Below are positions 50,240-61,800 of a stretch of 64,000 nucleotides of DNA, one piece after another. The notes below the pieces were generated by a model, which was given only the letters and a program-made list of their open reading frames with translations, made no database searches and had not been told where the DNA came from. Location of the stretch: the NCBI GenBank assembly GCA_043228905.1, contig JBHGNT010000016.1, positions 8,928,001-8,992,000 of the forward strand, written 5' to 3'. Positions within the stretch are counted from its first letter, which is position 1; the number at the start of each line of letters is the position of its first letter. The DNA is from Azolla caroliniana (Eukaryota > Plantae > Polypodiophyta). The translations under genes were made by a program, and so were the position numbers.

Positions 50240-50690
50240 ATCAGAAACCCTAATCATAATTTGTATTCAAAAATTTGAAATCAGAAACCCTAATCAAAAT
50301 CTGTAATCAAAAGTTTGTAACCAGAAACCCTATTCAGAAATTCTAATCAGAAATTTATAATAAAAAACCCTAATCAAAAATTTCAATCAGAAACCCTAAT
50401 CAAAAATTTCAATCACAAACTCTAATCAGAAATCCTAAACAGAAATTTATAAACAAAAACCCTATTCAGAAATTCTAATCAGAAATTCTAATCTATAATC
50501 AAAATTTGTAACCAGAAACCCTATTCAGAAATTCTAATAAGAAATTTATAATCAAAAACCCTAATCAGAAATTTCAATCAGAAACTCTAATAAAAAATTT
50601 CAATCACAAACCCTAATTAGAAATTCTAATCAGAAATTTATAAACAAAAACCCTAATCAGAAATTTCAATCAGAAACCCTAATCATCACT
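50240..50690. repeat. Degenerate AAACCCTAAT (telo-box-like) tandem array
   Basis: About a dozen AAACCCTA(A/T)T motifs among related 12-13-bp A-rich units, upstream of the cargo ATG in a probable 5'-UTR intron. Confidence 0.8.
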
Positions 50691-51782
50691 AAAGACAGGA
50701 TTAAACACAAAAAAAGTAATATAAACACACCTATTGCTACTCCCCGATTTGCTCCAAGGACTTCGCCCTATTCGATTTTGGGAAATATGAATCGGCACCA
50801 AAGTTCAAACAGTAGTCAAAAAGAAAAAACAAATGTTTGCGGTTTCTGTAACTTAAACATACCTGGATGATGATCGAGCAGGGTCTATGTTGTAGCTCTC
50901 AATCCGCAATGTCGATTTTCTGCTGTTGCGGGAGCTACATCTGCGTTCGTGCTCTAAGTACTCCATCTGCGTTCAAAATCAGACTTAGGCTAAACAAGAA
51001 ATTAATGACATTGAAGTCGACCTTAGATGATGGTGCTATTCCCCAAGTTCCACTACGTCTGAAACAAAAGTTCAAATATTTGAGTTTTTTCATAAATTAG
51101 TTTTTCAAATATTTGATTTTCCCACAAAAAAGACTAGCTAAACAAATAGCTAATTAGCTATGGCCATTTTAGTAGCTAATTAGCTATAATAGTGTTTCCA
51201 CTCGCATGCTTTTACCCACAAGCCGATTTATGTACTCATCTCCAACAAGCTCAACAAACACACAAGGTTTACGCGGATCTTCATCGACTTCCATCCAGTT
51301 TTAACATTGGAGATCGGGTATGACTACTACGACGACACATCAACACTACTCGCCCATCCGAGAAGTTGGATTATCGGCGATTAGGTCCTTTCCGTATTAT
51401 AGGAACTTGATTAATGATGTCCCTTTTCGTCTCGATCTGCCTCCGCAACTTCGGATACATCCGGTGTTTCATAGTTCTCTCCTTGAACCCTATCAAGAGA
51501 ATACCATCCTAGGACGTATTACACAGCCTCCACCCCCGATCGAGCTTGAAGATGGACCTGAGTACGAGGTTGCCGCCATCCTTGATTCCAAGATTGTTCG
51601 CAACAAGCTCTACTATCTAGTCGATTGGCTAGGATATAGTCCCAACGAGCGTACTTGGGAACCGATAGAGAATGTGACCAATGCTCGTGCTCTTCTTGAA
51701 GACTTCCATTGTCAATATCCAGACAAACCGGGTCCTCAATCCAAAATGACTCGTGACTCTCGTCGTTTTAAAGGGGGGATAG

Positions 51783-52194
51783 TGTCATGATACGGCAAGA
51801 CTCGAACCCATGACCTTATGCTACATGGGTCGAGCTCTTGACCATTAGACCATGCATTGTAATACATAAAATATTATTTTCATTTATGTTTTATTATAGA
51901 AAATTGATGTATATTCCAGATTTCTCTCGAACATTCTAGAAACTTCAAGAGTATTCCTCAAAACACTATAAAAGGAGGCATAAGGCATTATTTTGAACCA
52001 AATCAGTTCAACGCCAGTCTTAAGCCTCCTAACTACTATTGTACATTCTCTTCACATAATATATATCTTTTCTTATCATCTCTCTCTCTCTCCCTCTCAC
52101 TCACTCTTTCCTTCTCTCGAGAGTTCTTCACCTCTCTTAGTACTAATACTTCTTTAGTAATAATTCCTTCTCTGCCTTAGTACTGTTCCTGACA
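51783..52194 (+). repeat. Chromovirus 3' LTR
   Basis: Direct repeat of 36344-36757. Confidence 0.93.
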
Positions 52195-55100
52195 GCTGGA
52201 ACTCCGGAGGGAAGGGAAAAGAGAGACGATTTCGGCATTCAAGCTCGCCTCGGACATCGAACAACAAACGGACTTGAAAAAGGTGTTTGGGAAGAGAATT
52301 CTCGATATCCGGGTAGAATTTTCGCTTCGGGAATTACTAGGAATAGCGAAGAAGGATTTCCATGATCTTCTTGTGGATCTCGTGAAGAGAAAAAGACAAA
52401 GTACGGAGGAGAACGTTCCAAGGGTAAATGCGAACACGGTTTTAATGAATGACACCGAAGTGGAGGACGAAATTCTGAACTCCCACTACACAAGGCCACA
52501 TTGGGCACGTACAACTACAGAGACTCCGGTTCGAATTGGCAACATCAAAGAGCCTGTGCTAGCATTGATTGATCACGGATCGGAGATCAATTTGATGTCC
52601 AAGGAGTTCTACCGGAAGCGGAAGTGGCCTATAAACATTAACCATGGATGGAAGATCCGGACAGCCACTAAAGCAATGGAAGATCTATTTGCGGCTTGTC
52701 CGGATGTGACGGTGAAGATCGGGGATGTCGAGATCGACCAAAATTTCTTCGTACAAGACGAGGTCTCACATTCCGTGATCCTTGGGCAACCCTTTATCAC
52801 AGCTTCACGGATGGAGACAAAGGTGCTCGATAGCGGTGCGGCTTTCGCACGAATTCGGAGCCAAAGCGAAGGGAAATCCATCCAATTCCTAACTGTGCCG
52901 GCAAATCATGAAAGGAACAAGAGAGAGCTCTTGTCCTAAACAAGGATGGATTTTTAGAGCGGACTGTTGCGGAGTGGGGAAGTGATAGTTCGAGAAGCCT
53001 TGATACCCCACATAGGAAGAAAACTCTCAGAGCAAAACAAGTACGAATCGGTCCGAATGGGGCATCTACGTACACGGCCGTAACCGGAGGAAAGAAGAAA
53101 GAATATCGAAAAGTAGAGGATAAGTTACAGTTGACATCAATAATAAAAGAAGACGAAGAAATCGTGGGGGTAGTCGAAGAAGTGTTCTATGGGAGCACGC
53201 TACAACAGCTTGAAGAGCTTGTGGAGGATAAAAGCCAAGGAGACCGGGTAGTCCCGGTCGAATCGGTTGAGATGTACGAGATCATTGCGAAAATGGGGCT
53301 GGATGCACTCCGCAAAGAAGAAGAAATGGTAAGTACGAAATACAAGACCGTGGAGAAGAAAGTGAAACTGGTCGCGGGACCGTTACCCGCTGATAGCAAG
53401 CAAAAAAGGAAAGAAGTCTCGGGAGATCCGACACTTCGGAAGTTCCTGTATATTGGACATGCCTTCACGGATGAGACCCCGAAGAAACTTCGGATCGGTG
53501 GAGGTGGTTTCCTTTTACAAAATGAAGAAGAACGATTCCGTGGGATGTTGGAACAACATGGCAAAGCATTTGCATTCACATCGAAGGAGATACGGTGCGT
53601 TGATCCGAAGATAGTGGAGCCGATGGTGATCTTCACGATTGACCATGTGTCGTGGAACCTGAAGCCGATTCTGATGTCACGGACGCTTATTCCAAAAATC
53701 ATCGACTTGCTCAAGGAGAAGGTGGCGATGGGGATTCTAGAGCCATCAAACGCTCCGTACTCAAACCGATGGTTTACGCTTCCGAAGAAGAATGGGCCAC
53801 TCCGATTTATCCAAGACTTGTAACCGGTGAACAAGGTCATGATCCGGAACTCCGGAGTTGGTCCGATAGTGGACAAATTTGCGGAAGCATTTGCCGGACG
53901 CACGATATACTCCATCGAAGACCTATACTCCGGATATGACCAATTCCAACTAGCCATGGAGTGCCGAGACATCACCACCACGCGGACACCGATAGGATTA
54001 GTCCGGATGTGTACACTACCACAAGGCGCGACGAACTCAGTCTCACATATGATGAATGCAATGAACATGGTGCTTCAAGACTGCATTCCGGAGATAACGA
54101 TGTCGTTCCTAGATGACATTCCGATGAAAGGATGCGCGGTGGAAGAAAAAGATGAGACTAAGGATGATCGGGGATGCCGACAGTTCGTAGTTGACCATAT
54201 TCGCGATTGCGAGAATGTGCTACGAAAGTTAGAAGATGTGCACCTAGCACTTTCCGGAGAGGAATCAACATTTGGGCAAGAAGAGATATTGGTAGTCGGA
54301 CATCTATGTGGGCCCTACGGCCGAAGACCATCCCCAACCAAGGTCAATGCGCTACATGCTATGAAAAAGATATGCGAGTCGCAATCCGAAGACCGCAGAT
54401 TTCTTTGGGCATGTGCATTTTACCATATATGGATTCCGCACTATGCACACATAGTGGACCCACTCTATCACTTGTTGCGGAAGGGGAAGAAGTTTGAATG
54501 GAAACCAGAGCATACCAAAGCCGTGAAGAAGCTCAAGAAATGACTACGGAGGGCAAAAGCACTAAAGAAGCCGAACTATGACCGACCGGTTATAGTAATG
54601 GTTGATACAAGCCCAACCAGGATCGGATGGGTCATCAATCAAGCCGACTCGGATGGTTTGCAATATCCGATCCGATTCGGAGCAAAGGTTCTCAATGGAA
54701 GGCAACGCGGATATGCACAAGTCAAACGAGAATTATGGGGAGTCGTGTCAGCAATCAAATCGGATCGAGATTATTGGATCGGAGCTGAAGTAGTGATCGA
54801 AATAGATTGTCTTCCGATACTCGGGATGATGCGGTGTTGCACGATACCAGATGTGGCTATGCTAAGATGGATTGCATATGTTAAGTCACTTAATCCGGAG
54901 GTACGACAAATCTCTGGAAAAGACAATGCGGTGGCGGATATGCTATCAAGGGCGCGGTTTGGAGACGACATAACCGAATCCGATAATGAAGAAGTTTCTG
55001 AAGACTACTTTGCTTTGGAGCGCATATGCCGGGTGAACGTAATCCGAGAATTCCGGGAAGAAGAATACAAGGGAGAAAGCCTGATGATCGGGAAGGTGCT

Positions 55101-56514
55101 ACAAGAGATTGAGGAATCATCGGACGATAAAGAGAAAAGAGCCAAGATCTGAAGGAAGAAGAGGCAAGTCCAAAAGTTCTTCTTGAAAAATGGATTAATA
55201 TGGAGGGAGCCGAAAAGACCGGATGGCATACCACTTCTGGTAGTCGGGACGAAAGAGCAACGAAACCGGATAATGTCTGAGTTTCACGAATCCGATTGGG
55301 CTGGACATCGAGGAACATGGGCACCTTTTGTGAAAATCAAACAAAAATATTGGTGAAAGAATATGTACAAAGATATAGCGGAGTTCACGGAAAGCTGTGA
55401 GAAGTGTCAAATCTACTCTAGAGTTCGACACCGAGATGAGTTACATCCAACATTCTCATCGACAATCAACTTCAAATGGATGGTTGACATTGTCGCCATG
55501 CCAACTGGGATCGGACAAAAGAAGTACTTGGTGTTAGCTCGGGAAGATTTCACAAACCAAGTAGAAGGTCGAGCGCTACGAAGGAAAACGTGTTCTGCGG
55601 TATGCAAATTTCTTTTGGAGGAGGTGTTTTGTAGGTACGGGTGCATAGGACAAGTGATTGCGGATCGGGGAGAACTCAACTCTGATAAAGCTAGGGAATT
55701 CTTCACCAAACATGGAGTTCGGTTAACACTAACAACGGCATACAATCCGGAGGCCAATGGGAAAATCGAACGAGGACATAGTCCAATTGTCAAAGCGCTT
55801 GCCAAAACATGCGACGGAAGGGTGACGGATTGGCCGCAGATGCTCCCGTATACACTATGGGCGGATCGGACAATGCATAGCTCTGTAACCGGTTATATGT
55901 CGACAGAACTTATGACCGGACAAGCATCGATAATGCCGACAGAAACCGCAATCGTGACATGGAAAATGCTACCGTGGAAGGAAGAGATGAGCCGGGAAGA
56001 ACTACAAGCGGTCCGGATACGACAACTAGAGGGAAGACCGGAAGACATAGTGGAAGCAACATGCCGACAACAAGAAGCGCGATTCAGGAACAAAAGCCGA
56101 TTCAATACAAAACATCGACTATGACCGCGGAAGTTTGAAGAAGGAGATTGGGTGATTGTCTATGACAATAGTCTGGATCATCAACATACAATGATACGGA
56201 AGTTTGCGAAAAGGTGGTTCAGGCCATACAAGGTTCGGAAAGTTTTCGACAACGAAACTTACTGACTATGCGAGTTGGATGCGATGATACTACGAGTGCC
56301 TATAGCGGGGAAATGGGTAAAGATCTTCAAGAAGCAGACTGATGACGAACCCTATGTAACCCTAGACAAGACCGACAACGAGGAGCAACTAGACAAAGAT
56401 TGTGGTGATGCGGAAAGTGAAGAAAGTGGTCTACAATTGATGGTTGATATAAGGGAGGAATTGGGTAGTGCTACGGATGAAGACGAGCAACAAGTATTGG
56501 GGCGAGTGTCATAG
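52195..56514 (+). pseudogene. Phygy-3 protease and pol
   Basis: IDHGSEIN; DLYSGYDQ; FLDD; EDFTNQVEGR; ADRGE; numerous in-frame stops. Confidence 0.88.
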
Positions 56515-57287
56515 TGTAATTCGCACACTATGTGAAAATTGCATTTTTGTCCCTTCGGATGGAACCGGCAAGGAAGAACCGGTAAGGAGGAACTAGTGAG
56601 AACCGGATGAAGGATGGAATCGGCAAGGAGGAACCGGTAAGGAGACCCGGTAAGAACCGGATAAAGAAGGCCGGTGAGAGTCTCTCATCGGATGAAGAGA
56701 CAAATTTGTAAATAGAAGAAAACATTGTTACATGCATAGGGCAGGATTCGAACCCTGTACCTCCATGTTAGCGATTTTTAAGCCTTATTACTATACTAGC
56801 ATATTATGAATTTTAAAGTTATACTAAACTTTATCCTATGTAAATATTCTAGATATGCATGGTACAAAAAGTTATTCATGCATACACACTCGAGTTAAAA
56901 GAAAAGATGGGATAGAAAGGTAATCATGCACATGCAGTGTGCATGAAAACTAAAGTTAGGAAAAGTATGATGCTTGCATGTGATAAACATAGACTCTTCC
57001 AACACTATATAAGGAAGAGAGAAAGATGTATAGGGGTTGTTGATTATTTTGCAAGGATTGACCAATATAATATATTCGTGGGATTTACAAATTTTTCATC
57101 TAAATTGTCTCTTACTATCTAAATATTGATTAAATACACTAAACTCATGGGATTCACGAGATTCATAACTTACCTCTCTTCTACCTATTCATTACTAGAC
57201 TTATCTCATATTCTTCTTTCTCCTAGTCCATAACCTCAGTGGTTCCCACCCGACTCACACAACGATCTGGAGCCGAAAGGCACGACA
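56507..57287 (+). repeat. Phygy-3 3' LTR
   Basis: Direct repeat of 34258-35024. Confidence 0.92.
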
Positions 57288-57374
57288 ATGCAAAACACTA
57301 AAAATAGTATCAAAATGATGAGAAAACTGTGATGAGGGACATCAATTTTCTATCTGCAAAAGCCTATTTTCTGA

Positions 57375-57730
57375 ACCAAAATCCGATGCAGTGCATCAGA
57401 TTTTGGTGGAAGATAGCCCTCTTTCCAAACAAAATCCGATGCAGTGCATCGGATTTTGGTTGAATGTCCTCCTTTCAACCACAAACCGATGCAATGCATC
57501 GGATTTTGGTTGAATGTCCCCCCTTTCAACCAAAATCCGATGCAGTGCATCGGATTTTGGTGGAAGATAGCCCTCCTTTCAACCACAATCCGATGCAGTG
57601 CATCGGATTTTGGTGGAAGATAGCCCTCCTTTCAACCACAATCCGATGCACTGCATCGGATTGTGGTTGAAAGGAGGACATTCAACATGCCTTGATTCAA
57701 CCACAATCCCATGCACTACTAAGGATTGTG
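57375..57730. repeat. Array of 6 (plus 1 degenerate) palindromes CCAAAATCCGATGCA-N-TGCATCGGATTTTGG, 50-53-bp period
   Basis: Directly visible; lies in intron 1 of the ParB-MTase gene. Confidence 0.92.
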
Positions 57731-57915
57731 ATGTATGACTTCTCCTTAACCATCTAGTGAAGTTTAAGTGCATTTTAATTCGATAGTGTGTTTCCTTAAC
57801 AGAATATTTGGGGATTATTGCTTATTGTGAAAAGGAATCTTTAAGGCATCTTTTAGAATCTTAAAAAATGAAAAGAATATTGCTAACCTGGCGATCTTCT
57901 TTCCCTTGTTCATGA

Positions 57916-60900
57916 CTTCGGTTATACCATGCCGGTATAACAGTCCCCTTCCTTCGTGCCACTCACATATCGCAAAATTCGATGCGCACACAGAAGATGC
58001 TCCACGGTCGGCTTCTACATATATTGGTTGATTACGCTGACTGGATAACCGATGCCAGGTCGGGTGATTGTTAAATATATAAGGCTTCCGACAATTTGTC
58101 AGAACCGCTTCTCATCGCAAGTCGGTTCGGAGTCAGGACGAAGCTTCTAGTTCCGGTCCGAGGGTGTGGAGATCGGTCGGCAATCCGTCATGCCAAACTT
58201 GTACAACATATTCAACACATAGTGTCTTTGTGAGAGCAATATGCCGTCGGGGGTTCGGATCACCTCAATCCCAAGGAAATAGTGAAGGTCCCCCAGCTCC
58301 TTCATCTCAAATGCGCCCGATAGTTGGGACTTGACTCGGTTGATTTCATCGAGTCCGGGTCCGGTGATGACTAGATCATCAACGTACAACAAGATGCAAA
58401 CCGGACCGTCCAGACCTTGCCAGATGAACAACGAAGAGTCGGACTTGGAGGCCGCAAACCCCATCTTACACAATCGGTGCGTGATCTTCACATTCCAAGC
58501 TCGGGGGGCTTGCTTCAGGCCATAAAGTGACTTCTTCCGCTGGCATACCACCGACTTGTTCATCTCCGTTTGGAAACCGGGAGGTTGGGTCATAAAGACC
58601 TTTTCTTCAAGATCTCCTTAAAGAAATATGTTCTTCACGTCCATCTAGTGAAGATACCACTCCCTTGCTGCAACAACCGCTAGCACCACACGAACCGTCA
58701 TCATCTTCGCTACTGGAGTGAAGGTCTCGTCGTAGTCGATTCTGTGGGTCTGCGCGTATCCCTTCGCCACTAACCGGGCCTTGTACCAATTACCCGAACC
58801 TTCGGCATTGTACTTTACCTTGTATACCCACTTACATCCGATCGGTTTACAGTGTCGGGGAGGGTCAACTCGGTCCCATGTGTCGTTGGCATCAAGTGCC
58901 CACATTTCTTCCTCCATAGCGGCACGCCAATTTGCGTCCTTTGCCGCTTCTGCGTAGTTATCCGGCTCACGCACTTTTGCCACCTTGGTCATGTATGCAT
59001 AGTGATGCGCCCTGTACTCATTCTACCCATACCACTTTACAGGGTTCTTCTGACGGGAAGATCGGCATAACTTATCGTTACCCGATTTGAGGCCCTTCTT
59101 GGCCGGTGCGGTCTTTGTTGCCGAAGATCCGCCCTCATCCTTTCCAGAGTCAGATTCGCCCCGATCCAACTCAACATTTCCAATTTCGTATTCCGGCATC
59201 TTCTTCTTCCCCTTCTCTTTGCGTGTGAACCGCCTCCTCGGTTCCTTGCGCGGGGAGAGCATGACAGAGTCTCCATTACTCACCGGTTCGTCATCCAACT
59301 GGTCATCCCGACTCAGCCGCTCATTCGGTCCACTTAACCGAAATGAGATCGGACTCTCTTCTAGAGTGTCGAGGTCTTCATCTTCTATCTAGACCAGTTC
59401 AGGCTCATTAACCTCATCCTCCGGTATCGGGTCGAGGTCGGAAGTCGGAACCGGTAAGGCATACCATGATGCCGTCTCATCAAACTCAACATCCCGGCTA
59501 ACTTGAACATGCTTCGTCCGGGAGTTATAACACTTATAACCCTTTTGCTCATGCGAGTAACCGACGAGGATGCATTTCTCTGACTTCTCATCCGGTACAT
59601 GCACATATGCAATGCTAACGAATATCCGAAGGTGTCTCAAATTCGTCTTGCGCCCGAAATATAGCTCATGCGAGGGCACCCTGTCACCGATCCGGTTTTG
59701 GATGTAGACGGCCGTCCAGACCGCCTCCACCCAGTAGAAATGGGGCATGCTCTTCTCCTCCAGCATTGCCCATGCTGCGTCGACAATCAACCAGTTCATC
59801 CTTTCAGCCACATCGTTTTGCTCCGGTGTGTATCTGCAGCTGAACTCTCTCTGAATTCCTTTTTGCTACAGATAACGGTTGAATTGGCCAGAAAAATATT
59901 CTTTTCCGCCATCTGATTGGAGGCACTTGATCTTCCTCTCTGTTTCCCATTGAACCAGGCTTTGTAGGTTCCGAAAACACTCGAAGACTTCGCTCTTCCG
60001 CTCAATGAGGTAGATCCATGTGTGTCGGCTGTAGTCGTCGATGAAGGAGATGAAATACCGACTCCCGCCAAGACTAACATTCTGTGTCGGTCCCCATACA
60101 TTCAAATGAATAAGGTCGAGTTTGTTACGGCTACGGTTTCGGTCGGTGGGGAATGGAAGCCAGTGTTGCTTCCCGAGTTGGCAGGCTTCACATAAATGGG
60201 CCTTCCGGCCACTAAACCTCGACAAACCGAAAACAACTTGTTTTGTTTGCAAGTCTTGAAGCCCCCGGTAATTGATGTGGCCGATCCACTTGTGCCAAAG
60301 ATCAATATCCAATTTAATCTTCTGTCCTTTGGCGAACAAAGCAGTGCCGACGTCATTGGTGTCGAGGATAAACATCCTCCCATCTCTTTGCCCTTGTGCA
60401 ATGATTTGGCCCTCTTCCTCGATGAAGAATCCGAGGTGCATAAACCGCACTTGCATTCCCTGGTTGACAATCTGTCCAACCGACACCAGGTTCTTCGTGA
60501 TGGTCGGAACGTGTAATACATTCATCAGCTTCCCCCTCTGTCCGACGTGGCTCAAAGGGACTTCTCCGACATGCACGATTGGGTGTGGAGTGTCGTATTT
60601 GGTTTCGACAACTCCTGGTTATTCCGGTTTCTCCAAGAAAGAGAACCACTCTTCGTGGCTCTTCATGTGATTCGACGCACCAGAATCAACGTACCACACT
60701 TCCTCCAATTTGGAAGTGGTCTTCTTCATCGAGTTAGCCTCGTGTTTCATCACCTAGGCTAGCTTGGCCCTTTATCGGCTTTCCCGGTTTTGGATCCTCC
60801 CGATCCTTCTGCTTAGTGCCAGTATTGCCGGTTCTCTCTACCAGCCTTGCCGGATCCGGATCTATCCGAATCAGTGCGCTCCTTCTAGCACTCGCTTTCT

Positions 60901-61718
60901 CTGTGGCCCTTTTTACCATAGTGCCAGCATTTTGTGTCGGTCTTTGCTTGCCGGCCTCCAGTGCCGCCTTGACTCCCCTTGCTTGTGGAGGGTCCGGAAC
61001 TACTGTCGACACGTTCTCTGTGCCTTCGGTCCTGCTCTTGCCAGCCGCTACCATTGCGAGCCGACCCGCCTCATCCACCACGCCCACGGGGCTGATCCGC
61101 CTCCGTGTATAGCATCCGACTGTCAGTGGGTGCACTTTTTGACGCACCGGTATGGTTCTCCTCTACAAGGAGCCTCGATTGTAAGTCGAAAAAGGACGAT
61201 GTATTCTCCCTTGTACACACAACAGTTCGGAATGCTCCGAACTTTGACGCCAAACCTCTGAGACAGATTTCCACCATATTAGCCTCTTCGATATTCACAT
61301 CGATGGAGGCCAGAGAGTCGCAAATGTCCTTGATTTTGGAGGTGTAGTCTGCCACCGACAAGTCGGGTTGTCGTAGGTTGGTCAGCTCCTATCGGAGTTG
61401 AAGCTTCCTGGCTGTAGTGCTTGCGGAGAAAATCTTCTTCAGATTTACCCAAGCATCTTTCGGCGTCTTTGCATCCCGAATGTAGCTTAGGAGTTAATCG
61501 CCCAAGGAAGACGCGAAGCAGTACAGTACTCTGCTCGCTGACTATTCCCACACCGGGAAATCTCTGTGTGTCGATTCAGGTGCTTTGTCATTTGCTCCGT
61601 CAACATAGCTCCAGTAGCCGTGCCCGACTAGGTACTGGTGCATCTTGTAAGACCAAGATGCGTAGTTGTTTCTGTCGAGCTTCTCCGTCGGGAGCGAGCT
61701 AGCCATTCCGCTGTCCAT
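57916..61718 (-). pseudogene. Copia-B gag-protease-integrase-RT
   Basis: LDRNNYASW (gag), WYVDSGASNHM (PR), LWHKWIGH...CEAC, FIDDYSR, SDGGKEY (INT), YKARLVAKGY, LYVDDL (RT). Confidence 0.9.
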
Positions 61719-61788
61719 TACTTCTCTTTCTGTTCTTAGGGTTTGTCTTCAGATGTTCATGTTGGCTGCAGAGGTTCTCAACCCTCGT

Positions 61789-61800
61789 GCTCTGATACCA
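61789..61800 (-). promoter_or_regulatory. PBS for initiator tRNA-Met (Copia-B)
   Basis: TGGTATCAGAGC on the minus strand, directly after the 5' LTR. Confidence 0.9.

Larger units (their letters stand above)
40987..51217. mobile_element. Sola2-like cut-and-paste DNA transposon (10.2 kb) with cargo gene
   Basis: 25-bp TIRs GGGT(G/A)AAAGCATGCGAGTGGAAACA (40987-41011, 51193-51217); 4-bp TSD ACAA (40983-40986, 51218-51221); removal restores integrase HKIQADL; GRG...CYC termini. Confidence 0.85.
37981..51790 (+). pseudogene. pol: Chromovirus pol (PR-RT-RH-INT-chromodomain), split by the Sola2-like transposon
   Basis: Fragments 38020-40986 and 51218-51790; chromodomain EYEVAAILDSKIVRNKLYYLVDWLGYSPNERTWEP. 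Confidence 0.88.
36344..52194 (+). mobile_element. Tcn1/Tf1-sushi-like chromovirus (Ty3/Gypsy), degenerate, in Phygy-3 gag
   Basis: LTRs 36344-36757 and 51783-52194; 5-bp TSD GCTGG (36339-36343, 52195-52199); PPT 51770-51782; [20 protein letters not shown]; chromodomain at the integrase C-terminus. Confidence 0.92.
34258..57287 (+). mobile_element. Phygy-3: full-length degenerate Phygy-like Gypsy in intron 1 of the MTase gene
   Basis: LTRs 34258-35024 and 56507-57287; 4-bp TSD ACGC/ATGC (34254-34257, 57288-57291); degenerate Trp PBS 35029-35046; gag-PR 35063-36343 plus 52195-52957; pol 52948-56514. Confidence 0.9.
30946..57913 (-). pseudogene. Six-exon ParB/Srx-like domain plus beta-class N6-adenine/N4-cytosine DNA methyltransferase fusion gene
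   Basis: Exons 57913-57888, 34155-32532, 32447-32309, 32240-31777, 31687-31398 and 31307-30946, with GT-AG introns whose phases all match. ParB-like YVIGGSHSAEARRQL...LTHEEAKLLAWDYN; MTase ADIPYG (IV), WIKTN, NPYQKP (X), VLDLFSSTGTT (I), IVLEKD. Disabled by stops and frameshifts. Confidence 0.85.
29513..57915 (-). mobile_element. Inserted DNA segment (about 4.7 kb net of nested elements) carrying the ParB-methyltransferase gene; element class unresolved
   Basis: Interrupts Copia-B between RT and RNase H. CTT occurs at both junctions (29510-29512, 57916-57918), and removal restores LYRHGITEELVG*TDADWAG. No TIR or transposase seen. Confidence 0.7.

Noticed and set aside
50240-50690. Interstitial telomere or chromosome fusion scar
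   Set aside because: Not contiguous (CCCTAAA)n; the motifs are spaced, degenerate and inside a TIR element.
53187-54068. 293-aa minus-strand ORF and similar antisense ORFs over RT regions (e.g. 22204-22794)
   Set aside because: Mirror frames of pol with no recognisable domain.
57375-57730. CRISPR-like look (palindromic repeats with spacers)
   Set aside because: Spacers are short and repeated rather than unique, there are no cas genes, and the context is a eukaryotic intron.
29503-57915. Helitron explanation for the MTase segment (minus-strand TC start, CTAG near the other end)
   Set aside because: The CTAG belongs to Copia codons E-L-V that are needed to restore normal spacing. The site is not A/T, and no subterminal hairpin or RepHel remnant was seen.
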